From the NCBI GenBank assembly GCA_029263215.1, contig JAJCXY010000040.1, forward strand, positions 14,359-78,358: a stretch of DNA of 64,000 nucleotides, in the 5' to 3' direction. The position numbers were made by a program, and so were the translations under genes. Below the pieces are notes generated by a model, which saw only the letters and a list, made by a program, of their open reading frames with translations, had not been told where the DNA came from and made no database searches. This document shows positions 44,912-55,658 of this stretch, one piece after another (position 1 is the first letter of the stretch; each line of letters opens with the position of its first letter). Source of the stretch: Acidimicrobiales bacterium. GTDB taxonomy: Bacteria > Actinomycetota > Acidimicrobiia > Acidimicrobiales > Aldehydirespiratoraceae.

Positions 44912-45388
44912 ATGAGCCAGCAAAACCACAGCCAAATGGGCGCTGGATCATCCGCTCGACTTGGGACTACAGTCCCAGCCATGGCACCACGTTCCGGACA
45001 CACGATGACCGACGAGCACAAGGCAGCCTTGGCCGAAGGTCGCGCCCAGGGCCGATCCGTTCGCGCCTACCTGGAAGCTCTCGAAACCCACAAGCCAAAG
45101 CGAGGCCGCAAGCGCACACCCGCAACAATGCGGGCCCGGATTGCTGTGATCGATTCCTCTCTCGCCGATGCCGACCCGATGTCGCGGCTGCAAATGGTGC
45201 AGGAGAAGATGGACCTGCATCAGTCAATCGAAGCCGCCGAAACCAAGGTCGATCTCAGCGCCTTCGAGGACGCTTTCGTAGCCGCGGCGCGAGCGTATGG
45301 TGAACGCAAGGGCATCAGCTATGCGGCGTGGCGTGAGGTCGGTGTTCCTGCCGCGATGCTCACTCGCGCCGGGATCAGCCGCGGCTGA
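44912..45388 (+). CDS. Hypothetical basic protein
   Basis: ORF with a KPKRGRKRT basic patch. The start is uncertain (ATG 44912, 44982 or 45006) and there is no clear Shine-Dalgarno. Confidence 0.4.
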   Translation: MSQQNHSQMGAGSSARLGTTVPAMAPRSGHTMTDEHKAALAEGRAQGRSVRAYLEALETHKPKRGRKRTPATMRARIAVIDSSLADADPMSRLQMVQEKMDLHQSIEAAETKVDLSAFEDAFVAAARAYGERKGISYAAWREVGVPAAMLTRAGISRG

Positions 45389-46813
45389 TCACACCCTCAC
45401 CTCGGGCGTAGCCGCGGCAGCCTCGGGGTGGCGATCCATTACCGATCGCGCCTTTCGCGTCACCCGCACGATCTGGTCGGCCGCGGTGCCGGTGAACTCT
45501 TCGGGCTTGGCCAGCAAGGCTCCGATCGTTGCCGCGTCGAGGGGAATCCGGGGGTCGGAAACGATGCGTTGTACCAACGACTCCTGCTCGCCCCCCTCAC
45601 GGCGAGCCAGAGCGGCCCCGACGGCGTGCTCCTTCACCAACTCATGAGCTTCCTCACGGCCCAGGCCACCTTCCACCGCAGCGGCGAGCATGCGGGTGGT
45701 GGCGAGGAAGGGCAGGTCGCGGCCCAGTTCCGCTTCGATCACCGCAGGGAACACTCCCAGCTCGTCGAATACCACCATGGCGGTCTGGAGCAGCCCATCA
45801 GCCGCGAAGAAAGCGTCGGGGAGCATCACCCGGCGGACAACCGAGCAGCTCACATCGCCTTCGTTCCACTGGCGACCGGCCAGGCCGGCGGCCATCGTGA
45901 GGTGGCCGTCGAGCACGGTGCGAAGGGCCGCCACCCGTTCGGCGCTGCGGGCGTTCATCTTGTGGGGCATCGCCGAGGAACCGACCTGCCCGGGCCGGAA
46001 CCCCTCTGTGGCCAACTCATGGCCGGCCATCAGGCGCAGGGTGGTGGCGGCACTGGCCGGTGCCGACACCGCCTGCACAAGGGCTGAGACCACGTCGAGG
46101 TCGAGAGACCGCGGGTAGATCTGGCCGACGGAATCGAGAACTCGCTCGAAGCCCAGGTGGCGGGCGACCGCCTGTTCCAGAGCATCGACTTTCGCCGGAT
46201 CGCCAAGGAGGTCGAGCTGGTCGAGCCGCGTACCCACCGGGCCCTTGATCCCGCGCAGTGGGTAGCGGGCCAGCAATCCTTCGATTCGCTCGATCCCGAT
46301 CATCGTCTCCTCGGCGACATCGGCGAAACGCTTGCCGAGCGTGGTGGCTTGGGCCGCGACATTGTGGGTGCGGGCCACCATCACCTGATCCGCATACTGT
46401 TCGGCGAGCGATACGAAGCGGGTGAGGACACCCACCATCTGATGGCGAATCAACTCGAGGGCCTCACGGATCTGAAGCTGCTCCACATTCTCGGTGAGGT
46501 CGCGCGATGTCAGCCCCCGATGGATGTGCTCGTGCCCGGCCAGGGCACAGAACTCGTCGATCCGAGCTTTCACATCGTGACGGGTGATCGCCTCGCGTCG
46601 GGCGATCGAATCGAGATCTACGTCGTCCACAACTCGTTCGTAGTCGTCGATCACACCACTCGGAACAACGACGCCGAGCTCCACCTGGGCCTTGAGTACC
46701 GCCAGCCACAGGCGTCTCTCCAGCGCGATCTTTCGGCTCGATGACCAGATCAGATTCATCGGCCTGCTGGCGTAGCGGGCCGATAGGACATTCGCCATGA
46801 CGTCGTCGCTCAC
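45389..46813 (-). CDS. purB: Adenylosuccinate lyase
   Basis: NVLSARYAS N-terminus and the GSSAMPHKMN signature loop. ATG 46798 is a likely alternative start. Confidence 0.95.
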   Translation of the reverse strand: MSDDVMANVLSARYASRPMNLIWSSSRKIALERRLWLAVLKAQVELGVVVPSGVIDDYERVVDDVDLDSIARREAITRHDVKARIDEFCALAGHEHIHRGLTSRDLTENVEQLQIREALELIRHQMVGVLTRFVSLAEQYADQVMVARTHNVAAQATTLGKRFADVAEETMIGIERIEGLLARYPLRGIKGPVGTRLDQLDLLGDPAKVDALEQAVARHLGFERVLDSVGQIYPRSLDLDVVSALVQAVSAPASAATTLRLMAGHELATEGFRPGQVGSSAMPHKMNARSAERVAALRTVLDGHLTMAAGLAGRQWNEGDVSCSVVRRVMLPDAFFAADGLLQTAMVVFDELGVFPAVIEAELGRDLPFLATTRMLAAAVEGGLGREEAHELVKEHAVGAALARREGGEQESLVQRIVSDPRIPLDAATIGALLAKPEEFTGTAADQIVRVTRKARSVMDRHPEAAAATPEVRV

Positions 46814-46902
46814 GTTCGGAGCCTTCCATTCGTCGCCGGACTCTTCAAGAACACTTGCCCAGCTGCCGACTGGAGACGAGTACGACTCCTAGGAGCCCCA
46901 TC

Positions 46903-47391
46903 GTGTCTGACGACATCACAGGCCTTTGCCGTGACCATTCTTTCGAGACCGCCATCGAGGTGTGTCGCCGCTGTGGCCTCGAGTTCTGCGAAGTCTGCGT
47001 GGTCTACCCGTTCGGGGCCAAGAAGCCGGTGTGTAAGGAATGCGCGATGATGCTCGGCGGGGTGCGCTCGCAGGTAACCCGCAACGCTCTGCCGAACCGT
47101 GCCATTCGCTACCGGGTGAAGGTCTTCGAGAAGTTCAAGGCCGACCGTAGGGCCCCGGCGGTGGTGGCCGATGCGCCGAACCTCATCGATCCCACACTTG
47201 CCGACGCGTTCGACGTCGGCGATGACGACCTTCAGAAGGTGCCAGCCACCGTGCCCGCCGCCGACACTGCGTTCGACGACAGTGTCGACCCCGAGAACAT
47301 CCCTTCGGCACCACCGCCTCCGCCTCTGGCCGGCACTGATCCCGCCGACGGTGTTGCTCCGCCGATCGACTGGAGCCAGCCTTTCGGCTGA
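46903..47391 (+). CDS. Cys-rich (B-box-like zinc finger) protein with a Pro-rich acidic tail
   Basis: GTG 46903 with AGGAG 8 nt upstream. The translation reads CRDHSFETAIEVCRRCGLEFCEVCVVYPFGAKKPVCKEC. Confidence 0.5.
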   Translation: MSDDITGLCRDHSFETAIEVCRRCGLEFCEVCVVYPFGAKKPVCKECAMMLGGVRSQVTRNALPNRAIRYRVKVFEKFKADRRAPAVVADAPNLIDPTLADAFDVGDDDLQKVPATVPAADTAFDDSVDPENIPSAPPPPPLAGTDPADGVAPPIDWSQPFG

Positions 47392-47407
47392 GAGTTCCAT
47401 CGCGGTT

Positions 47408-48688
<1,281 letters not shown>

Positions 48689-48780
48689 GGCGCTCTCCTC
48701 TCAGGAATTGCGTTACCACGAGAGGTTAGCCCCAGCTGAGAGTCGCAACGACCGATTTTGGTCCCGAGCCCAAACGCGCT

Positions 48781-48808
48781 GAAGGGCGGGGCCTGAGCCC
48801 CGCCCTTC
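48781..48808 (-). terminator. Perfect 12-bp GC-rich hairpin after the secreted-protein gene
   Basis: GAAGGGCGGGGC-CTGA-GCCCCGCCCTTC, 34 nt downstream of the stop at 48842. Only a weak U tract (GUUUGGG) follows on the minus strand. Confidence 0.5.
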
Positions 48809-48841
48809 AGAATCCAGGGTGCTTCGTTCAGCTGTTGACGG

Positions 48842-49615
48842 TCAGCCGGTGAACGAGGGAGTCGCGTCGACCGGGTCGGCCGGATCAGCGACCTGGACTT
48901 CGGGAAGAACCTCGGTCTTGACCGTGGTGGTGGGGGCAACCGTTGTGGCGGGCGCCGCCGTAGTGGTCGGCGCAGCCGTAGTGGTCGGCGCAGCCGTAGT
49001 GGTCGGCGCAGCCGTAGTGGTCGGCGCAGCCGTAGTGGTGGGCGCAGCCGTAGTGGTGGGCGCCGCCGTGGTGGTGGTGGGGTTCAGGTTGGTGGCGCCG
49101 AAACAGGAGGGCATCACCGAATGAACACCATTCCTGATCGCGGCATCCGACGAGAACGCATGCTGGGCCCGCACCTGGACTGCTTCTCGGGTGAGGTTGA
49201 CGCTGCCGACACCGCCCGACCAGGTGGCCTCCAGCACTCCATCGGCGATATCGGCGGTGTTGCCGGTGATATCGATCACGACGCCTGCCGCATCCAGGAA
49301 CTCGAGCCGGTACTGCTCATGATCCTGGACCGGGTCGGTGACACGGGTGCTCGAGCCGTCGTAGGCAACGGCTTGAATCGAGTACTCACCGACCGGGACG
49401 GGTGTGGTGAGAGTGATGGTGCGAGACCGAGGCAGCCAGGAGCGGCCGGACACGATGGTGGAGTCGAGGTTGCCGAAGGCAACCCCTGGCCACGAATCGG
49501 CGTACTCGCCGGAGCATCCGGCGGTGGGGCCGGTGGCGGACGAAGCGGTTGCCGCTACGAACAGAGGCGCCATCGCAGCGATGGCGACCATGGCAAATCG
49601 AGTGCGTCTGAGCAT
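48842..49615 (-). CDS. Secreted protein: N-terminal domain shared with the neighbouring gene, plus (APTTTA)n repeats
   Basis: ATG 49615 (MLRRTRFAMVAIAAMAPLFVAATASS signal). The domain carries PVPVGEYSIQAV...QDHEQYRLEF...ADIADGV. Seven to eight PTTTAA repeats. Confidence 0.6.
   Translation of the reverse strand: MLRRTRFAMVAIAAMAPLFVAATASSATGPTAGCSGEYADSWPGVAFGNLDSTIVSGRSWLPRSRTITLTTPVPVGEYSIQAVAYDGSSTRVTDPVQDHEQYRLEFLDAAGVVIDITGNTADIADGVLEATWSGGVGSVNLTREAVQVRAQHAFSSDAAIRNGVHSVMPSCFGATNLNPTTTTAAPTTTAAPTTTAAPTTTAAPTTTAAPTTTAAPTTTAAPATTVAPTTTVKTEVLPEVQVADPADPVDATPSFTG
48957..49082. repeat. 18-bp tandem repeat, 7 units (first 4 identical), coding for APTTTA
   Basis: The plus strand reads GCCGTAGTGGTCGGCGCA x4, then GCCGTAGTGGTGGGCGCA, GCCGTAGTGGTGGGCGCC, GCCGTGGTGGTGGTGGGG. 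Confidence 0.9.
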
Positions 49616-49792
49616 TGAAACCGACCTCAGGTCTGAGTTGAGTTTGGGGCCGGTTTCGCTCTCGCTATCCGTGGACCTAAGCGACCAATGCGGGTCCACG
49701 GGTCATTGCTTCCCCGTTGATGACTCAAGAATAGCTGGGTCTAACCGCGACCCGCCATAGGGCGTTCGCCCCAATGCCCAGGGACCAAAGGC

Positions 49793-51982
49793 TCAGATTC
49801 GAATCCAGGGGTCGAACTTGGTGAACACCGCGGTGACGAGCGATGCCAACACGACCAGAATCCCGGCAACCGATGCCGCGCCGGAGCCCGTATCGGTGTC
49901 GCAGTTCGCAAGGATGTCGACCAAGGCCCGGTCAACACCTTGTTCGCCCACCAGCACTCGTTCTCCTACCGCTCTGCTCAGGTCGATCTCGGCTTCGCCA
50001 CCGGGAGCGACCACCAGATCGTCGCCAATCACGATGCCGCCCACCGAAATCGCGAGGCGGCGGGTGTCGGGCGAGCCATTCGAGACAATGACGTTGACCG
50101 CCTGGCCGACACAATCGATCACGAGCCGAACCGAGAGGTCTGGGCAGGGCGTTTGCACCAGGGCATCGGGAGAGACGGGAGTCCACGCGTCGTCGACCGA
50201 CTGTCCGGACGCACAAGGGATGCCCGTTCCGGAGCCCTCCCCCGTATCGCTGTCGCAGACCCACGCCTCCACCACCTCACGGAGGACAACAACATCGTGA
50301 CCATCGATGACCTCGACCACAGCCGAGGAGCCGATGTCGATCCGGCGAACGAGAACGACCTCCTCACCCGGTTCGGGGGTGAGGCCGTGGTCTTCGCCCC
50401 CATCGATCAGCACGCGTGCGACGCCGGTTGAGTCGCCGAGATTTCGAACGACGAGTTGGACCTCACCTGACGGGCAGCTCACCGACAAGGTCGCCTCTAT
50501 GACGGGCTCGGGGCAGTCGACCTCGACTGTTTCACGCAGAAGATCGGTACCGCCGGCGGTAACGACGCGAACTGGAACCTCGCTCGACCCTTCGATCGGA
50601 ATGGAGATGGTTGTCTCGGCGCCGGCCGCCAGGGTCTCTTCGGCCACGAGCGAACGCTGCTCGACGAAGACGTCGATCTCCGCAGGCTCTCCTCCCCGGT
50701 TCACGATCCGGACCTCCACAGAATGCGACGCGCAGACTGTGCTCACGGTGGCGGCGGGACGAGCCGGGGCAAGACAGTCGACGGGCACCGCGGCGGTGAG
50801 AATCCGCCCGTCGGAGGCGACCAGCAGAAGTTCGACCGTGAAACCCTCGACATCGTCGGGGAGTTCGATCACAACTGTCGTGCTGCTGAACGGGCCCAAC
50901 TCGACAGCCTCAACGACGCTCGAGCGAACCAGCACCAGGTCGGCTACACCGCCGAGCGCTCCGGCATTGTTGATCGTGACCTCGATGGATGTGCTCGCGC
51001 ACTCGAGAGATGCCGTGAACGAGGGCACGAACCTGGCAGCGGCAGCGGGCGCCGGGCCGGTTGGCGTGGGCACGGGGCCTTGGGTTGGGACACCGGGCAC
51101 CACGGGAGGATCCGGCTGGGGGTCGGTTGGTACCACTGGAGGATCCGGATCGGGGACCACGGGAGGATCTGGATCAGGGACCACGGGAGGATCAGGATCA
51201 GGCGGCACGGGAGGATCCGGATCAGGGACCTGGTCGCAGGAGACGGAGTGCGACGCCGAATAGATCTCGATTCCGGCAGCGGCAACCCGTAACCGATGGT
51301 CGCCGTCGGCGGCTGCGAGGTCGAGTTGGACACTCTCCCCAGGACTCAGCCAGACCGTGATTTCAGTGGGCGACGGTCCGTCCAGACCGACTTCGACCTG
51401 GCTCGGGTCGCTGCGGTTGTTGAGGACGTCGACGGCAATACCAGGAATCGAGCAGTCGGTTGTGGCCGAGGCCGTGACGTTGCCACCGGGGGCACCGAGC
51501 GAGGTGAAGGCCACACAATCAGCGTTTACCGACTCGGTACCATTCGGTGTGCTGGGGAGGGCGTGGCTGACCGTGACTCCAAGAATCTCGGTGGTGTTGG
51601 TGAGGGTGCCCAGGTTGTCGATCACCGATGCCGCTTCCACTCCGTCGGCAAGATCGGTGGTGGGCCCGAACGTGGCATGGTTCCACGGTGTGAGCTGCCA
51701 CTGCTCGTGAAGTTGCACTGTGCCTGATCGGCCTTCGTAGGCGTCGTGCGACGAGACCTGCACCGACCACACGCCGGGCGGGAGAGGCTGGCCGAACGGG
51801 ATGCGGTAGTGGTCGTAGCCCGATCGTGACCAAACCGGGACGTCGAGCGCGAACACGATGTCGCCGACGCAGCCTCCCGAAGCCTCTCCTGATGCCTCCG
51901 CAGGCGTGGACACACCTACAAGGACCCCAGTTGAGATCAAGGTCACGCCGAACAGCAGTTTCCACAGCTGTCGCAGGCTCAC
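49793..51982 (-). CDS. Large surface protein: signal peptide, shared N-terminal domain, PDPDPPVV repeats, five Cys-led beta-type repeats and a C-terminal TM anchor
   Basis: GTG 51982 with a GGGAG Shine-Dalgarno. LISTGVLVGVSTPAEA signal. Repeats begin CSIPGIAVDV, CASTSIEVTI, CASHSVEVRI, CPSGEVQLVV and CVGQAVNVIV. The C-terminus is VAGILVVLASLVTAVF. Confidence 0.65.
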   Translation of the reverse strand: MSLRQLWKLLFGVTLISTGVLVGVSTPAEASGEASGGCVGDIVFALDVPVWSRSGYDHYRIPFGQPLPPGVWSVQVSSHDAYEGRSGTVQLHEQWQLTPWNHATFGPTTDLADGVEAASVIDNLGTLTNTTEILGVTVSHALPSTPNGTESVNADCVAFTSLGAPGGNVTASATTDCSIPGIAVDVLNNRSDPSQVEVGLDGPSPTEITVWLSPGESVQLDLAAADGDHRLRVAAAGIEIYSASHSVSCDQVPDPDPPVPPDPDPPVVPDPDPPVVPDPDPPVVPTDPQPDPPVVPGVPTQGPVPTPTGPAPAAAARFVPSFTASLECASTSIEVTINNAGALGGVADLVLVRSSVVEAVELGPFSSTTVVIELPDDVEGFTVELLLVASDGRILTAAVPVDCLAPARPAATVSTVCASHSVEVRIVNRGGEPAEIDVFVEQRSLVAEETLAAGAETTISIPIEGSSEVPVRVVTAGGTDLLRETVEVDCPEPVIEATLSVSCPSGEVQLVVRNLGDSTGVARVLIDGGEDHGLTPEPGEEVVLVRRIDIGSSAVVEVIDGHDVVVLREVVEAWVCDSDTGEGSGTGIPCASGQSVDDAWTPVSPDALVQTPCPDLSVRLVIDCVGQAVNVIVSNGSPDTRRLAISVGGIVIGDDLVVAPGGEAEIDLSRAVGERVLVGEQGVDRALVDILANCDTDTGSGAASVAGILVVLASLVTAVFTKFDPWIRI
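51096..51229. repeat. 24-bp tandem repeat (about 4 units plus a degenerate copy), coding for PDPDPPVV
   Basis: The core CAC(G/T)GGAGGATC(C/T/A)GGATC recurs at 51134, 51158, 51182 and 51206 (24-nt period). A related copy sits at 51100. Confidence 0.8.
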
Positions 51983-52074
51983 AACACACTCCCGTACTCC
52001 GCGTACGGAAATCTAGTGGCCAATCCGCCCACGGAGGGTGATGGCCACAAGGCGTGACCCAATGCTGGTCGGGA

Positions 52075-54564
52075 TCATCGCAGGGCGAACTCTCGGCTCT
52101 CAACGGGACCCTCGACGGTGACGCTGACCGTGTCGCCTTCGACATAACGACCCTCGAGAATCGCCAGGGCCAGATTGTCGCCGAGCTCACGCTGGATCAA
52201 GCGCTTGAGGGGCCTGGCGCCGAACGCAGGATCGTAGCCACGCTCGGCAAGGAGCAGCTTGGCCTCGTCGCTCACCTCGAGGGTCAGGCGACGGTCGCTG
52301 AGGCGAGCGGCGAGGGAAAGGAGCTGGATGTCGACTATCTCGACCAGATCCTGCTGGGTGAGGGCTCGGAACCGAACGATGTCGTCGATGCGGTTGATGA
52401 ACTCCGGGCGGAAGTAGTTGGCGGGCTCGCCCTTCAGGTTGGAGGTCATGATCAACACGACGTTGCTGAAGTCGACCGTGCGACCCTGGCCGTCGGTGAG
52501 GCGACCGTCGTCGAGGAGCTGAAGCAAGACATTGAACACGTCGGAGTGGGCCTTCTCGACCTCGTCGAGCAGGACGACGCTGTAGGGACGGCGGCGAACC
52601 GTCTCGGTGAGCTGACCTCCCTCGTCGTACCCCACATAGCCGGGAGGCGCGCCGATGAGGCGGCTCACGGAGTGCTTCTCCATGTACTCCGACATGTCGA
52701 TTCGCACCATGGCTCGTTCGTCGTCGAACAAGAAGTTGGCGAGCGCCCGGGCCAACTCGGTCTTGCCGACGCCGGTGGGACCAAGGAACAAGAAGCTGCC
52801 GATGGGGCGGCTGGGGTCGGACAGGCCGGCCCGGCTTCGACGGATCGCGTTGGCGACAACGCTCACCGCGGGGTCCTGGCCCACCACCCGCTTGTGGAGG
52901 TGATCCTCGAGCCGGATCAGCTTCTGGACCTCGCCCTCCATCAGACGCGACACGGGCACACCGGTCCAGCGACTGACCACCTCGGCGATGTCTTCCTCGG
53001 TGACCTCCTCTTTCAACATCGACGACTCGGCCTGGATCTTGTCGAGGGTGTCTCGGGCATCGGCGAACTCGCGCTCGAGCGCGGGGATGCGGCCATAGCG
53101 CAGCTCGGCGGCCTTCTCAAGGTCGGTCTCGCGCTCGACTTCGCCGCGGATCTGCTCGAGCTTCTCGTTGAGCTCACGCATGACGGCGATGGCGTCGCGC
53201 TCGGCCTGCCAGCGCGCCGTGAGTCCTGAGAGGTCTTCGGTGAGATCGGCGAGCTCGCGGTCGAGGTCGTCGAGGCGTTCGCCGGAAGCCGCGTCGATCT
53301 CCTTGGCGAGGGCCAATCGTTCGATTTCGAGCTGGCGGATCCGGCGTTCGACGATGTCGATCTCGGTGGGCACCGAATCGATCTCGATGCGGAGAGAGGC
53401 ACCGGCTTCGTCGATGAGGTCGATTGCCTTGTCGGGCAGGAAGCGGCCGGTGAGGTAGCGGTCGCTGAGCACTGCGGCGGCGACCAGAGCGGAATCCTGG
53501 ATGCGTACGCCGTGGTGCACTTCGTAGCGTTCTTTGAGTCCGCGCAGGATGGCGATCGTGGCCTCGACCGAGGGTGGCTCCACCATGACCTGCTGGAAGC
53601 GACGCTCGAGTGCAGGGTCCTTCTCTACGTACTTGCGGTATTCGTCGAGGGTGGTTGCGCCGATCATCCGGAGGCGGCCTCGGGCCAGCATGGGTTTGAG
53701 CATGTTGCCGGCGTCCATTGCTCCCTCAGCGCCACCGGCTCCCACGACGGTGTGCATCTCATCGACGAAGGTGATGATCTCGCCGTCGGCGTCTTCGATC
53801 TCCTTGAGGACAGACTGGAGGCGCTCCTCGAACTCGCCGCGATACTTCGCGCCCGCCACCATCGAAGAGATGTCGAGGCTGATGAGGCGCTTGCCCTTGA
53901 GACTGTCGGGGATGTCGCCTTCCACGATCCGGGTGGCGAGACCCTCCACGATTGCGGTCTTGCCGACTCCCGGCTCGCCGATCAGAACCGGATTGTTTTT
54001 GGTTCGACGCGACAGAACCCGTATGACGCGCCGGATCTCCTCATCGCGTCCGATGACGGGATCGAGTTCGCCGGCCCGGGCGGCTTCGGTGAGGTCTCGG
54101 CCGAACCGCGCGAGGGCCTGATACTGGTTTTCGGGAGTCTGACTCGTGACGCGGTGGCTGCCCCGCACTTCGCGAAGCGCGCCCAGGAGTGTTTCACGGT
54201 CGATCCCGAGGCGGTCGGCGCTGGCGAGCAGGAGATGTTCGGTGGATAGGTATTCGTCGGAGAGGTCTTCGCGGACCTTGTCGGCGGCATCGAACACGTC
54301 GCTCAGGGCTTTTGAGAGCTGGGGGTCGGATCCGTATGCGTTGGGAAGAGCGGCGAGCACTTCCTCGACCTTGTTACGCGCGCCCGCCACATCGACGCCG
54401 ACGCGGTGCAACATCGGCAAGACAATGCCTTCCTCCTGGCCCAACAGGGCCGTGAGGAGGTGCTCGGGGAGGACCTCGGGGTGCGATGCCGATCGCGCGG
54501 CGTCGGTGGCGGCGGAGAAGGCTTCGGTTGTCTTCAGGGTCCAGCGGTTGGGATCGAGCGTCAT
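52075..54564 (-). CDS. clpB: ATP-dependent chaperone/disaggregase ClpB
   Basis: Clp N domain, two AAA+ modules ([26 protein letters not shown]) and a coiled-coil middle domain. GGAGG Shine-Dalgarno. Confidence 0.96.
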   Translation of the reverse strand: MTLDPNRWTLKTTEAFSAATDAARSASHPEVLPEHLLTALLGQEEGIVLPMLHRVGVDVAGARNKVEEVLAALPNAYGSDPQLSKALSDVFDAADKVREDLSDEYLSTEHLLLASADRLGIDRETLLGALREVRGSHRVTSQTPENQYQALARFGRDLTEAARAGELDPVIGRDEEIRRVIRVLSRRTKNNPVLIGEPGVGKTAIVEGLATRIVEGDIPDSLKGKRLISLDISSMVAGAKYRGEFEERLQSVLKEIEDADGEIITFVDEMHTVVGAGGAEGAMDAGNMLKPMLARGRLRMIGATTLDEYRKYVEKDPALERRFQQVMVEPPSVEATIAILRGLKERYEVHHGVRIQDSALVAAAVLSDRYLTGRFLPDKAIDLIDEAGASLRIEIDSVPTEIDIVERRIRQLEIERLALAKEIDAASGERLDDLDRELADLTEDLSGLTARWQAERDAIAVMRELNEKLEQIRGEVERETDLEKAAELRYGRIPALEREFADARDTLDKIQAESSMLKEEVTEEDIAEVVSRWTGVPVSRLMEGEVQKLIRLEDHLHKRVVGQDPAVSVVANAIRRSRAGLSDPSRPIGSFLFLGPTGVGKTELARALANFLFDDERAMVRIDMSEYMEKHSVSRLIGAPPGYVGYDEGGQLTETVRRRPYSVVLLDEVEKAHSDVFNVLLQLLDDGRLTDGQGRTVDFSNVVLIMTSNLKGEPANYFRPEFINRIDDIVRFRALTQQDLVEIVDIQLLSLAARLSDRRLTLEVSDEAKLLLAERGYDPAFGARPLKRLIQRELGDNLALAILEGRYVEGDTVSVTVEGPVESREFALR

Positions 54565-54603
54565 TCAGGTGCCTCCAGTCGCATCAAAGCGTAGCGCAGA
54601 AAA

Positions 54604-54624
54604 CTTGAGTGCAATGCACTCAAC
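54604..54624. promoter_or_regulatory. HAIR (HspR-associated inverted repeat) operator upstream of clpB
   Basis: CTTGAGT-GCAATGC-ACTCAAC against the consensus CTTGAGT-N7-ACTCAAG (13/14). Lies 40-60 nt upstream of the clpB ATG. Confidence 0.75.
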
Positions 54625-54683
54625 TTCGGCAGCTACTGAGATATTCCTGCCGGCAGCCCAAATCCCACTATTTCGCCCGGTCC

Positions 54684-55658
54684 TCAGACCAGAACCGACA
54701 GGCTCACGCCGAAATCACCTCGGCGATCGCTGTACAACGCCTTCAGATCGAGTCCCACCGCGGCGAGCTCTTCGCTGAGGCGATCGGTACGGAACTTGCT
54801 CGATACCTCTGTGCGCATCAGCTCCCCTGCGCCGAACGACACCTCTAGATCGAGAGCGGCGATCGACACCTGCTGCTCGATCCGACTTCTCAGGCCGATG
54901 TCGATCCATTCCTCGTCGGGGTCCCAGAGCGCGACGTGATCAAACCGCTGCGGATCGAAATCGGCTCCGAGTTCACGATTGATCACCTCGAGGATGTTCT
55001 TGTTGAACGCCGCGGTGATGCCGCCAGGATCGTTGTAGGCGAGCTCGACTCGGGCAGTCGACTTCACCAGGTCGGTGCCCAACAGGAGATGATCTCCCGG
55101 CACCATTCCCTCGACGATCTGAGCCAGAAGTTCCTTACGAGCGACCGGCTCGTAGTTGCCGATCGTTCCACCCAGGAAGACCACCAGCCGTCGCCCACCC
55201 CTCGGGAGGTGATGGAGATGTCGGTCGAAGTCGCCCACCACTCCGTGAATACTCAGGCCCGGGTAGCGCTCGGCGAGGCGGTGAGCAGACGCCCGCAGGA
55301 ACTCCTCACTCACATCGAACGGCATGAACCGCCTGAGGCGACCGTCATGTCGGGCCGCGTCGAGAAGCGCGAGGGTCTTGTCGGATGTGCCCGAGCCGAG
55401 CTCGACGATGGTGTCGGCGCCGGCCTCGGCGATTATCGCCGGAGCGTGGCGCAGCAAGATCTCGCGCTCCGCTTCGGTGGGGTAGTACTCCTCGAGGCGG
55501 GTTATCTCGTCGAAGAGTCGGCTGCCCCGATGGTCGTAGAACCACTTGGGCGGAAGCTCCTTGGGCATCGACCCGAGCCCCTCGACCACATCGCATCGAA
55601 GTGCAGCGTGGAGTTGGTCCGGCCCCAGATGTACATCAATTTCCGCCTCGGTGGTCAC
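54684..55658 (-). CDS. egtD: L-histidine N-alpha-methyltransferase (ergothioneine pathway)
   Basis: GTG 55658 overlaps the egtB stop (GTGA). KWFYDHRGSRLFDEITRLEEYYPTEAE, VELGSGTSDKT and FLGGTIGN. Confidence 0.9.
   Translation of the reverse strand: MTTEAEIDVHLGPDQLHAALRCDVVEGLGSMPKELPPKWFYDHRGSRLFDEITRLEEYYPTEAEREILLRHAPAIIAEAGADTIVELGSGTSDKTLALLDAARHDGRLRRFMPFDVSEEFLRASAHRLAERYPGLSIHGVVGDFDRHLHHLPRGGRRLVVFLGGTIGNYEPVARKELLAQIVEGMVPGDHLLLGTDLVKSTARVELAYNDPGGITAAFNKNILEVINRELGADFDPQRFDHVALWDPDEEWIDIGLRSRIEQQVSIAALDLEVSFGAGELMRTEVSSKFRTDRLSEELAAVGLDLKALYSDRRGDFGVSLSVLV

Noticed and set aside
48957-49082. CRISPR-like array
   Set aside because: The units are contiguous 18-bp repeats with no spacers. 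They lie in-frame inside a coding sequence (APTTTA repeats). No cas genes are in the window.
52054-54249. Plus-strand ORFs 52054..53229 and 53512..54249 opposite clpB
   Set aside because: They are antisense shadows of ClpB.
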